IMG/VR virus record: IMGVR_UViG_3300042326_002445
Span: 62,001 to 126,000 of that record
Strand: one strand, 5' to 3'
DNA: 64,000 nt
Positions 1 to 9,497 of the stretch are shown here, piece by piece (the stretch's first letter is position 1; each line of letters opens with the position of its first letter). A program made the translations under genes and the position numbers. The notes below the pieces were generated by a model. That model did not search any database. It saw only the letters and a program-made list of their open reading frames with translations, and was not told the origin of the DNA.

Positions 1-2
1 CA

Positions 3-1670
3 GCTTATTTTAAACCTCATTTTGCTTTCTTGAAAGAAGATATATTCCCGCCAGCATTAACTGCTAATGGCCAAAAAATTAGAGTAGAAATCAATCTCAC
101 TCAATCGTGTAGCGTGCAAAGAAGTATATTCAATACTAACTTTAAGAATTTTTTGAAGAATTGCATGATAGAAATAGTAACTCCAGAATCTGGTGGTGGA
201 TTAAATTGCGATGGCATTTATTGGGATTCAAGTTTACTTGAGGAGTTTTTAGATTTTAGTAATGACGCAATAGATGTTTTTGCCAAATATTTAGGATACG
301 AAGGTTTTGATGATCCTGATTATATTTCTTGGGCTAGTGTTAATTTTCCATTCCCAAAAACTTCAGGCTGGGAAGTTTCAACAGAAAATGGATATGTTGG
401 AGGTGGCGATAGACCATCCTACAGGGATGCATATCCAGACAATACATTTGAAGGTCTTGGTTATTGGAATCTTGTGAACAATATCAATGATTTAGATGCA
501 AATGAAATTGCAAATTTAAAATCATATGTTAGTATAATTAAAAATAAGTACCACGAAATACTTAGAGAGATATCTGACGCTGTTTCTGTCGCCAGTAATG
601 GGAATGCAGTATTTTTCCCAGGCGAGCTTCCATCTTGGCCAGACCAGCCACATGGTGCTGTTTCCGTAGAAATAGCCAGACATACTCATGCTGTAAAAAC
701 TGAATTTGCAGTAGAGCCAAGAGGCTATAGTGGACTTAGAAAGAAATCAGAGCTCACTGATTCTGTTCTTAATAATGAAAGATTGTATTGCGACATACAA
801 AGGCCGTCAATGTATCTCTCTATGACTTTGAACCAGAAACTTGATTTTGCCTCTGGAAATAAAACTGCTATTCAGTGGAATCCTCAAAGGGTTTGGATAT
901 CTGATTTGCCTTTAGGCACATCTGGAGCAGCAAATACTTTGACAACTTTTAATAGTGATAGATTTTATCTATATCCAACTGGCTATCCGCTATTTTTTGA
1001 AAGAGGATTGGGAAGAGAAGATAGCATTCATGGATATTTAAGAGCAGTATATCAAATTATGATTAAAAATGGTAATATCTTTGATTTTAATACATGGTAC
1101 GGGACTGGATGGACTGGAGATCAAGATGAATTTATACAAGACGCAACTTTGATTAATAATGACGGTTATTATAATAATCCTAATAAGGGAGTATCTCCTG
1201 GAAATACTTATTCATTTTGGCGTAAAGCACTTTATCATGCAAGAAAAATGAAAGAAGAAATTATTAAAGAAGGACTAATATTAAGCATAAGGGAAGCTTA
1301 TTCTTGGGCTGCAATACATGTTTCAACCGCTGGCAGAATAGGGATCAACGCTCCAGTTGCTTGGGGCTCAGGCTATGTGACTGGATCTAATAAGCTTATA
1401 AACTTAACAAATAACACAAATTCTTTAGGACAAAATTGGGGAGAATTCTGGTGGCCCATACTCGGCGCGATGCAATCTTTTGAAAATAAGATGATTCCTT
1501 ACAGCTTAGTTCTTGACGATCAGCTTAAAAATGGGGAATTAAATGGGATTAAGGTAATAGTAGTACCTCATCGTGAATGGCTTTCTCTTGCTCAAGAATT
1601 GCGTCTTGTAGAATTTGTAAGCAGAGGTGGAAAAGTGGTTTATATGGATGAAATATTTAATGTAACTTGA
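3..1670 (+). CDS. 5'-truncated putative glycoside hydrolase with C-terminal GH42-type trimerisation (GATase-like) domain
   Basis: Frame is open from position 3 (GCT TAT TTT AAA CCT...), so the TTG at 30 is probably not the true start. C-terminus IPYSLVLDDQLKNGELNGIKVIVVP...LVEFVSRGGKVV resembles beta-galactosidase trimerisation domains; the body is aromatic-rich. Confidence 0.45.
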   Translation, partial: AYFKPHFAFLKEDIFPPALTANGQKIRVEINLTQSCSVQRSIFNTNFKNFLKNCMIEIVTPESGGGLNCDGIYWDSSLLEEFLDFSNDAIDVFAKYLGYEGFDDPDYISWASVNFPFPKTSGWEVSTENGYVGGGDRPSYRDAYPDNTFEGLGYWNLVNNINDLDANEIANLKSYVSIIKNKYHEILREISDAVSVASNGNAVFFPGELPSWPDQPHGAVSVEIARHTHAVKTEFAVEPRGYSGLRKKSELTDSVLNNERLYCDIQRPSMYLSMTLNQKLDFASGNKTAIQWNPQRVWISDLPLGTSGAANTLTTFNSDRFYLYPTGYPLFFERGLGREDSIHGYLRAVYQIMIKNGNIFDFNTWYGTGWTGDQDEFIQDATLINNDGYYNNPNKGVSPGNTYSFWRKALYHARKMKEEIIKEGLILSIREAYSWAAIHVSTAGRIGINAPVAWGSGYVTGSNKLINLTNNTNSLGQNWGEFWWPILGAMQSFENKMIPYSLVLDDQLKNGELNGIKVIVVPHREWLSLAQELRLVEFVSRGGKVVYMDEIFNVT

Positions 1671-1733
1671 ATCTCTTGTAGTAGTATTTTAAATTAATTT
1701 ACGAAATATCATATAAGGACAGTAATAAATATC

Positions 1734-4700
1734 ATGAACGATCCAAGAAACAAGGGAAGATGGTACTCTTATGAAGATCAGATTTCAGAGTCTGAAAAAT
1801 TTATAAACGCTGTTAAGTCTTCCGCTGGAGAACCAGACTTTAGCGGTACTGTTACCAGTTATGAATATACAGATGGAACCTATAGGAATAAACAGGCCGG
1901 TTGGTTTAGATTGTCTGATCCAGATCAAAATGGTAAATTTTTGATAGGCGTTCATTTACTCAACGATATGTCTTGGATGGACATGAGAAAAAATTCTAGC
2001 ATTCTTAGTGGTATTGACCCAAGATATAACGTACTTAATCCAATCAGTTTGCCCGTTAAGGGTTTAATGGATCAAGATCTTTTTGGTTGGGGAGAAGACT
2101 GGAGAAGTTGGTATAATGAAAATTTTAGCTCTACTGCTCCTCCTCATGCTGGTATTTTGCCATATCCAATTCCTGACCCAAATCCAGATTTAGAAATAAA
2201 ACAATATTTTTATGATCCACATGCTTCTAACATGTGGGGAGAGCCAATGGTTGGTTATGGAAAATATTGGAGCGCAAAGTTAAATTTACGTCTCCCCTCT
2301 GATTTTAAAATCAATAAAGTTTATAAATTTTATGTTAATCAAGAAAACGATCCTAATGATATTGGTATAACGAAGAAGGCTTTTAACTATAGGTCTGCGA
2401 GCGGCTCATCCATAATGTCTATGGCTAATGTGCCTAGTATGCCTAGTATCAATTCTGCAACGAATCCTAATGTTGTTAATATAAAAAATTATGGAGCTAT
2501 TGGGGATGGACTTAATGACGATACGCAGGCATTCGTAAATGCAATTAATGCTGGACCTATAGCTATCTATGTTCCATCTGGAAATTATAAAATTACTTCT
2601 TCATTAAAAATTACTAATAATATAAGTATCTTTGGGGATATAGGATTAACTACGCTGCTTTGCGACATTAAAAATGGCCAGGCTTTATTTAATATTTCCC
2701 CCGATGGATCTCCCGTAACATACACTTATCAGGGACAAGTGTTTTTAAATCAAAAAACATTTGAGTTTTCAAATACTTTTGGTCTTAGTGTGGGTCAGCG
2801 TCTTATTTTTAGAATAGGTTATGAATCTATATCTTCAACTATATTTGAATGCGTTTATGGTGTAACTATAGAATCAATAAACAATAATTTGATTACTTTT
2901 GATGTTGGAGCTCCATTCTCCTCTGATAAACTATTGCATAAAATTGAAGTGTATGCTTCTTCTCCATCTGAAGTGATTGTAGAAGGCTTGAACATTACAA
3001 ATTATGACGACTCATCATCGTATTATAGTTTTAATTTAGTTAACGCTATTGATGTACGCATAAGAAATGTTAATATTTCACATACTTACTTTAGGTCTAT
3101 AAGAGCAAATGCTTGCTCAGGGATTAAAATAGAAAGATGCATATTCAGCAATACAGGCAATGGAGGTGGGGCAGCTGATGAACTTATTTGTTTAAAAACA
3201 AGTTATTGTTACGATATTATTTTTCGTAATATTTATGCAAATAATTGTTTTAGTGGTTTAGTTAATGCTTTTAAGTCAAGAAATTTTGAAGGGTTCAATT
3301 TATGGATGAATGAATGTTCTGATTCTTCATCATTTGCTTACATAAAAGAGGTTGTTAATTTTTCACTTTCAGATATTTATGTAAATAATCAAAATTTAAC
3401 TTTTATTACAGATCTTGGTTTAAATAGCCATTACACCACAAATAATGTATATTTGATTCAACAGCCATTAAAATTTAATGTTGCTAATCATAACGGTATA
3501 TTGAGAATAGAAAATAGAATATTTAATGGAGTAAAATCTGAAGTAGTTAGTGTTCCCATAAACCCTCCAGTTCCACCTGATGATGAAAATGAATCTTTTG
3601 AGGTTGTTGCTTGGGGTGCTGGATCAAATCCTGCAGAATATGATAGAGCAAATGCTTGGAACGATTTGTACACAACATTGCCTAGATTTTATGTAAACAA
3701 AGATCAATCTTATATACGTTATTCAGACAATCCAAAAAAAGTAGAAGTGCAAGAAGGTAATACATTTGTACTAAACGATAGCGGTCATTTGTATTCTACT
3801 GGAAGCACTAAATTTGGAATGAGACCGCTTCCAGCATTTATTTCAGATAATACAGTAATCAATTTTTCTTCTTCTTTATTTCAATTAGGAGTTATACTAG
3901 TAGATTCAGTATCTGGTAATTTAGATGTAGTAGTGCATGGTAAAAAACAATATAATATATGTAGAGATGTAAAGTTTAGTAAAGACGGAGATAGTGTATA
4001 TTATATTAATGGAAATGGTAAAATAGGAAGAGTGAATGTTAATACCCAAGAAGAAGAAGATAATATAATTTTTGGCTCGGACAATGTTTGGGTTGAAGAA
4101 AATCCATTATATATACTTCCATGTAACAGTATACAATTTACCAATGATAACTTGCATGCAATATTTGGATGTTCATATAGTTGGGAGTTTAACGCATATA
4201 ACATAGCTCAAATATACAATATTGCTCAAAAAAATAATGCATACATAAATCCCTCAACAATAGTTTTAAATAGATTAGATCCAGAAAACGCATGGATGCC
4301 AGCATGGACTTGGACTGATTGGCTAGGCAATGAAACTGATATAATAAATGATAGCATTTTGTGTCATTCTGTAAGTGATGACAGTAATCATGTATTTGTA
4401 TTTGGATTGTGGTATATCTACAAAATAAATATTGCATCTCAAGAAATAGTAAGTAAGAAAAAAATATGGGATATTTTTACGCCAGGATTAAATGTAGATG
4501 ATCCTGTTCCTATAGCTTATGCAAGATACTTGCCAAATAGCTCTAAATGGTTGGTCATGCTTTTAGATACTTATAATTTGCCTGATGCAAATGGAAGACT
4601 TGGTGCTATTTTAGACTCTAATTTTAATGTCCTACATTACATAGAGGACTTGTCTGATGACGAAATACCATCTTTGATGTATCCTAATGTGCATAAGCAG

Positions 4701-7700
4701 GTTGATATTAGCAATGATGAAAGTAAAATTGCGATTGCCTCATATTCTTATACTGGAAAATGGACTTTTGTGAGAACAATTAGTGTTGATAGTGGCGATT
4801 CTTTATGGACTTTAAAGTTTGACGATGAAAATTATGATGATTACGTTGCTCGTTATGTGAAATTTTCACAAGATAATAACTATATTGTTGTAGGTTTTGG
4901 AAAAGTTGTTAGAATTATTAATAGTGTTGGTTCAATTTTAGAAATTGATACTCAAGATACCGAATATTTAAAATTTGATTCATTTATTGACGATTTGGCT
5001 ATGGGTGTACAAAACAACGATATTATAGTTTGCACAAGATCAAGTGGCGCATGGTGCATTGCTGGTTGGGAATCTATAATTAGCCTTGTTCCTACAGAAG
5101 AAAGTAACATAGAAAAATTTCCTTTTTGGCTCAGCGCCCTAGGTGGTGTTAGAAAATTTTCGTTTTCTCCAAATGGTAGTAAATGTGTATTTTGGAGTTG
5201 GGACAATAAATATTCAGTTTCAATTACTCCAAGACTTGAAGATTTTAGTTTAGTATCAACAAATTTTATTATTAAAGATAAATCTAATTTGCATATAGAT
5301 GTTTTTGACTATATAGGAGAAAGCATTCCAACTGCAATTGCGATGGGTGAAGACAATGCAACTATAATTTTATCCAACGGATCTTTATTCTCATGGGGCA
5401 CTAACAGGCAAAATGAGACAAATTGTCCAGAAGTATCCAATGCATTAAGCGTGCATTATGTTTCTTCATATTGGTCAAAAGCTTTTTTTGATGACGATGG
5501 ATTTGACGATGGTAGTTTAGTATCTTTGCGTGGCAAGGGATATATAGTTCTCTTAAGAGATGGAAGAATAAAAATTTGGGGTAATTGGGTTTTCTTGGAT
5601 GGCTATTCAGATCTTCTTCTCATAGAAGATGCGGTCAAAATATCTGCTAGTTCTTGGTATGTAACTGTTCTTCACGCAAATGGCACTGCAACTTTGCATG
5701 GAGAAAATGAAATAATTAATTCTGAATATGAATTTCCTAAAAATTCAACAGACATTATAGATATAGCCTCTTCTAGGCTTGGTGGTATGTTATTAAAATC
5801 AACTGGTGATTTAATTTACTGGGGTTATGAAGCTGCAGGTGGAGATTCGTCTACTCCAGATCCATTTACTGAAGGTCTTTATTTAAGTCCTGTCCCACCA
5901 GGTAATATTGGAAAAGTACGCACATTGAATACGTCATATTTTGGAGTATATTCTGTAATTACTGAAAATAAAAGAGTGCGATCTTGGGGCTGGGATAGCT
6001 TTAGATTATGTTCAAGCAGTAATGATGATTTAGATGGAGATGGAATTCCAGAAGTTTTTTGTAGTGGCGTTGTAAGAGAAGGTTATAATTATCATAATGA
6101 CCCACCATTACGTGGTAGTATTATTGATATTTCTGCTGGTAGATTTCATACTGCATTTATAATGAATGATAAAACTGTTTACCTAACAGATTGGGCTTCT
6201 GATAAAGTTGATAATTATATAGATTTTCTTTTATGGTATCCAGCAGCAAATTCTTTTGCTCAATCTGATATTCCGTCACGTTTTAATAAAAATATTAAAA
6301 GTGTTTCTAGTGGATTTGGTTACACTTATTTTATAAGAGAAGACAACTCTGTCTTTGGGATTGGTGCAGACCCTGGAATGGCAACAGTAAATAACTTGTT
6401 TGCATGGTCCTATCCTTGGGACCCAGATTTGGAAATGCCACTTTTTTTACCATATACATTCCAACTAAATACTCCAACACAGCTAACGCATGCAAAAAAA
6501 ATTGCTTCTGGAGATTTTCATACTGCAGCAATTACTATGGACAATAAAGTAATGTGTTGGGGTTATAACAAGTTTGGGCAATGTGATGTTCCAGAAGATG
6601 CTGTTGACGTTATAGATATTGCTGTTGGCAGATTTCATACGGTAGCAATTAAATCAAATGGCTCTGTCGTGTGTTGGGGTAGAAATAATAAAGGACAGTG
6701 CTCTCCTCCTGCTTTCTCTGAAGGCATAAAAAAAGTATCATCGTGCATGAGTCACAATGTTGCTTTAACAATAGGTGGCAATCTGGTTTATTGGGGTAGT
6801 GGAGGTCATTACGATGCACTTTCTCTTTTTAATGGTAATCCATTTCCATCTGAAGTTCCAAACTCTCGTGGAGATTATGCTGGAAGTGGAAATTATGTAG
6901 ATGTTTCTACCGGAGTGTTTCATACTTTAGCTTTAAAGTCTGACGGCACTGTGGCATTATGGGGTAAGGCAAATTATGAAACTGGTATACCTGGATTTAG
7001 TAATAATTTTGGACAATTTGATTATCCAGAATTAAATGGTAAAAAAGTTGTTAAAATTTCAGCTGGACATTATCATAATGTCATATTGCTAAAAAATGAA
7101 AATATTATCACAGAATCTAGAAATTTTGAATTAGCAGATGGCATCGTCAAAAGCATAGAGTTTAGTGTTGGAAGCTCAATTGGCTTAAATGGGTTGCAAA
7201 TATACAATGAAAATAATTTGTCTTCTGCATTTTTTCCAGAAAGCTTGAACGCTACAGTAAACAAAAAAATTGATGGCTTTGATTATTTTGGATTAAATTA
7301 TCCAATTAATGATTACTCTAATAAATCTTTTTCATGGATAGTAAATTCTCTTGCTAGTGCTCAGGATATAACTTTTAAAATAAGTTATTTTGATTACTCC
7401 GATTCTTATTCTGTAGTAGATGACAATGAGATATCTTTATATTACGATGAAGAATCTTCTATGTGGAATGTAAATGTTGACAAAATAGGAATGCATGCAT
7501 TTGTGGTAATGGAGATTCAAAAAACATCTTTATCTTCGAGCAGTAGCAGTTCTTCTAGCTCTTCTAGTTCTTCTAGTTCTTCTAGTTCTTCTAGTTCTTC
7601 TAGTTCTTCTAGTTCTTCTAGTTCTTCAATATGCACAAGAGTATGGAGTGGCCCTTATGGGTGCCCCGACATAAATGGAGATGGCGTTATTGACTTTAGA

Positions 7701-9497
7701 GATTTAGATGCACTTATTGCGCTGTCCGGTCGGGTAAATTACAATTCCAGACAATCCGTTGCTGCTGATTTAAATGGAGACGGCAATATAAATGTAGCTG
7801 ACCAAATATTATTGCTCAATTTTGGGTATGGTTGCTGCGAATGTCCTAATTTTGTTTGGCCAGTTTCCAGTAGCTCTAGTAGTTTTGCTTCGAGCAGTTC
7901 ATCATCTTTTGAAGATGAGTATATTGATTTTGCATCTTCATCAAGTAGTTCACGTCCTATCGGTTCATCTTCAAGTTCATCTTCAAGTTCATCTTCAGAA
8001 GAACCAAGCTCATCAAGTTCTAACGAATTTAATCAAGCTGCAAATTTTGCAAATGTATCTGGTCAAAGATCTTTGTCTATAGGTGAAGAATTTGGCATAC
8101 AATATTATAATACAGGATTTGGTGGATCTGTAGCAGACAGTCTAAATATTAATTTTAGTCAATTGAGTCCTGTTGTTATAGCAAAAGGAGATTCATATAG
8201 TGGAATTATTACGTTCTTTAACGGCTCAAAGGTTGGCAAATATGATGTTATATCTTTAGAAGTCAAAAATGAGTCGATTAAATATGCAGGTTCTGTTCCT
8301 CATGCAGTTCTGGAGGATTCTTTTGAAGGTGTTAATACCGGGCTAACTGCAGGTTTAGGTCAAGTAGAAAATATCAATGTAATATCTCAAAGAAGCAAGA
8401 TGCTAGATATGTATGTTGATAGCATCAGATATGAAACTAATTATCTTGGTTACTATAAATCATTTACTTCTCAAAAAGAAGCGGTCGAATCAAGCGGTTC
8501 GTTTGTAACTAATTTTGAAGAAATTACTTCTAGAAACATAGATAATCTTTCTTCAGACATTTTGCATAAAAAGATTGTTTCTAGTTCTCAAGCAGTTAAG
8601 GAACTTGGCGTTTTACAGCAAGTTGTAGCAGTTAATAATGAATTCATGCTTATAGTTGGTAGTAAAAACCTTGGCAAATTAAACAACAATTTAGATTTTG
8701 ATTTTATAAACTTTAACTTTGAAGATGGAGAGAATTTGCTGAGTGCTAACGTATTCGATGATGGAATAACTGTTTGTACTTCGAGTAGGCTTGCGGTTTT
8801 CACCTTTGAAATGGAATTAAGATATTCAGTTGGCTATCCAGGAGGGATTGGCTCTCCTATATGCGGATATGGCAATGATTCTGAATTTGTATTAAGTACA
8901 AGTTCTGGAATATTCTATAAATTTTATGATGCACCAAATTTTATTAAAGTTTATATTCCTTCGATTACTGGATCAAATATGCCAGATGGAATATATAAAT
9001 TCACACCTACTAGTAGTTCTAATATTGGTTTAGGAAAAAATATATACTGGACAAGCAACAATCAATCGTTCTCAAAAATATCTACAGAAACTGCTTCGTA
9101 TCATGTAAGATCTGTAGCAAAATTCTTTAATAGATATGTAGTTGCAACCGATAAGGGAGTGTTCATCTCTGCACTTAATATGCTTGGGTCTAGCAGTCTG
9201 CAAGCGACTCTTGCTACAGAATCTGTTATTGCAAATAGTTCTACTTCTTTTGTTGATATAGTTGTAGAGGAAAATCAAGTTGGTTCAAATCTTGTTGGTG
9301 CTACTGTGTACGCATTAAGGTCTGATGGGGCACTTTTCGTCTCTGAAGATCCTGCTAATTATTTTGATATTATACAAACTCCTATTGCTAAACCAATTAT
9401 ACTGGTTACAAGCGGATCTGATGTACTTGTATTCTCTAATAACAATGTGTATTCTAAGAATAAAAACATTGTTAAAACTTTAAACAGGAGTATATGA
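1734..9497 (+). CDS. Giant (2587 aa) multidomain tailspike/adhesin-like protein: pectate-lyase-3/beta-helix, beta-propeller, RCC1 repeats, poly-Ser, dockerin-like EF-hand pair, C-terminal propeller
   Basis: VVNIKNYGAIGDGLNDDTQAFVNAI (~2470); RCC1 repeats such as IASGDFHTAAITMDNKVMCWGYNKFGQCDVP (~6500); CPDINGDGVIDFRDL...ADLNGDGNINVAD (7662-7848); no signal peptide. Confidence 0.7.
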   Translation: MNDPRNKGRWYSYEDQISESEKFINAVKSSAGEPDFSGTVTSYEYTDGTYRNKQAGWFRLSDPDQNGKFLIGVHLLNDMSWMDMRKNSSILSGIDPRYNVLNPISLPVKGLMDQDLFGWGEDWRSWYNENFSSTAPPHAGILPYPIPDPNPDLEIKQYFYDPHASNMWGEPMVGYGKYWSAKLNLRLPSDFKINKVYKFYVNQENDPNDIGITKKAFNYRSASGSSIMSMANVPSMPSINSATNPNVVNIKNYGAIGDGLNDDTQAFVNAINAGPIAIYVPSGNYKITSSLKITNNISIFGDIGLTTLLCDIKNGQALFNISPDGSPVTYTYQGQVFLNQKTFEFSNTFGLSVGQRLIFRIGYESISSTIFECVYGVTIESINNNLITFDVGAPFSSDKLLHKIEVYASSPSEVIVEGLNITNYDDSSSYYSFNLVNAIDVRIRNVNISHTYFRSIRANACSGIKIERCIFSNTGNGGGAADELICLKTSYCYDIIFRNIYANNCFSGLVNAFKSRNFEGFNLWMNECSDSSSFAYIKEVVNFSLSDIYVNNQNLTFITDLGLNSHYTTNNVYLIQQPLKFNVANHNGILRIENRIFNGVKSEVVSVPINPPVPPDDENESFEVVAWGAGSNPAEYDRANAWNDLYTTLPRFYVNKDQSYIRYSDNPKKVEVQEGNTFVLNDSGHLYSTGSTKFGMRPLPAFISDNTVINFSSSLFQLGVILVDSVSGNLDVVVHGKKQYNICRDVKFSKDGDSVYYINGNGKIGRVNVNTQEEEDNIIFGSDNVWVEENPLYILPCNSIQFTNDNLHAIFGCSYSWEFNAYNIAQIYNIAQKNNAYINPSTIVLNRLDPENAWMPAWTWTDWLGNETDIINDSILCHSVSDDSNHVFVFGLWYIYKINIASQEIVSKKKIWDIFTPGLNVDDPVPIAYARYLPNSSKWLVMLLDTYNLPDANGRLGAILDSNFNVLHYIEDLSDDEIPSLMYPNVHKQVDISNDESKIAIASYSYTGKWTFVRTISVDSGDSLWTLKFDDENYDDYVARYVKFSQDNNYIVVGFGKVVRIINSVGSILEIDTQDTEYLKFDSFIDDLAMGVQNNDIIVCTRSSGAWCIAGWESIISLVPTEESNIEKFPFWLSALGGVRKFSFSPNGSKCVFWSWDNKYSVSITPRLEDFSLVSTNFIIKDKSNLHIDVFDYIGESIPTAIAMGEDNATIILSNGSLFSWGTNRQNETNCPEVSNALSVHYVSSYWSKAFFDDDGFDDGSLVSLRGKGYIVLLRDGRIKIWGNWVFLDGYSDLLLIEDAVKISASSWYVTVLHANGTATLHGENEIINSEYEFPKNSTDIIDIASSRLGGMLLKSTGDLIYWGYEAAGGDSSTPDPFTEGLYLSPVPPGNIGKVRTLNTSYFGVYSVITENKRVRSWGWDSFRLCSSSNDDLDGDGIPEVFCSGVVREGYNYHNDPPLRGSIIDISAGRFHTAFIMNDKTVYLTDWASDKVDNYIDFLLWYPAANSFAQSDIPSRFNKNIKSVSSGFGYTYFIREDNSVFGIGADPGMATVNNLFAWSYPWDPDLEMPLFLPYTFQLNTPTQLTHAKKIASGDFHTAAITMDNKVMCWGYNKFGQCDVPEDAVDVIDIAVGRFHTVAIKSNGSVVCWGRNNKGQCSPPAFSEGIKKVSSCMSHNVALTIGGNLVYWGSGGHYDALSLFNGNPFPSEVPNSRGDYAGSGNYVDVSTGVFHTLALKSDGTVALWGKANYETGIPGFSNNFGQFDYPELNGKKVVKISAGHYHNVILLKNENIITESRNFELADGIVKSIEFSVGSSIGLNGLQIYNENNLSSAFFPESLNATVNKKIDGFDYFGLNYPINDYSNKSFSWIVNSLASAQDITFKISYFDYSDSYSVVDDNEISLYYDEESSMWNVNVDKIGMHAFVVMEIQKTSLSSSSSSSSSSSSSSSSSSSSSSSSSSSSSSSSICTRVWSGPYGCPDINGDGVIDFRDLDALIALSGRVNYNSRQSVAADLNGDGNINVADQILLLNFGYGCCECPNFVWPVSSSSSSFASSSSSSFEDEYIDFASSSSSSRPIGSSSSSSSSSSSEEPSSSSSNEFNQAANFANVSGQRSLSIGEEFGIQYYNTGFGGSVADSLNINFSQLSPVVIAKGDSYSGIITFFNGSKVGKYDVISLEVKNESIKYAGSVPHAVLEDSFEGVNTGLTAGLGQVENINVISQRSKMLDMYVDSIRYETNYLGYYKSFTSQKEAVESSGSFVTNFEEITSRNIDNLSSDILHKKIVSSSQAVKELGVLQQVVAVNNEFMLIVGSKNLGKLNNNLDFDFINFNFEDGENLLSANVFDDGITVCTSSRLAVFTFEMELRYSVGYPGGIGSPICGYGNDSEFVLSTSSGIFYKFYDAPNFIKVYIPSITGSNMPDGIYKFTPTSSSNIGLGKNIYWTSNNQSFSKISTETASYHVRSVAKFFNRYVVATDKGVFISALNMLGSSSLQATLATESVIANSSTSFVDIVVEENQVGSNLVGATVYALRSDGALFVSEDPANYFDIIQTPIAKPIILVTSGSDVLVFSNNNVYSKNKNIVKTLNRSI
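7533..7628 (+). repeat. 32-Ser tract encoded largely by a 9-nt tandem repeat (TCTTCTAGT)x7 at 7560-7622
   Basis: Read directly: seven perfect copies preceded by TCTTCTAGC. Confidence 0.95.
7866..8021 (+). repeat. Interrupted poly-Ser low-complexity region
   Basis: SSSSSSFASSSSSSFEDEYIDFASSSSSSRPIGSSSSSSSSSSSEEPSSSSS. Confidence 0.9.

Noticed and set aside
1668-1734. Possible stop read-through fusing ORF1 to the 2587 aa gene (same frame)
   Set aside because: A second in-frame stop (TAA at 1695) lies in the gap.
7551-7628. Tandem repeat as a CRISPR array or DGR template
   Set aside because: No spacers, in-frame Ser codons only, and no reverse transcriptase or adenine-variant repeat pair seen in the window.
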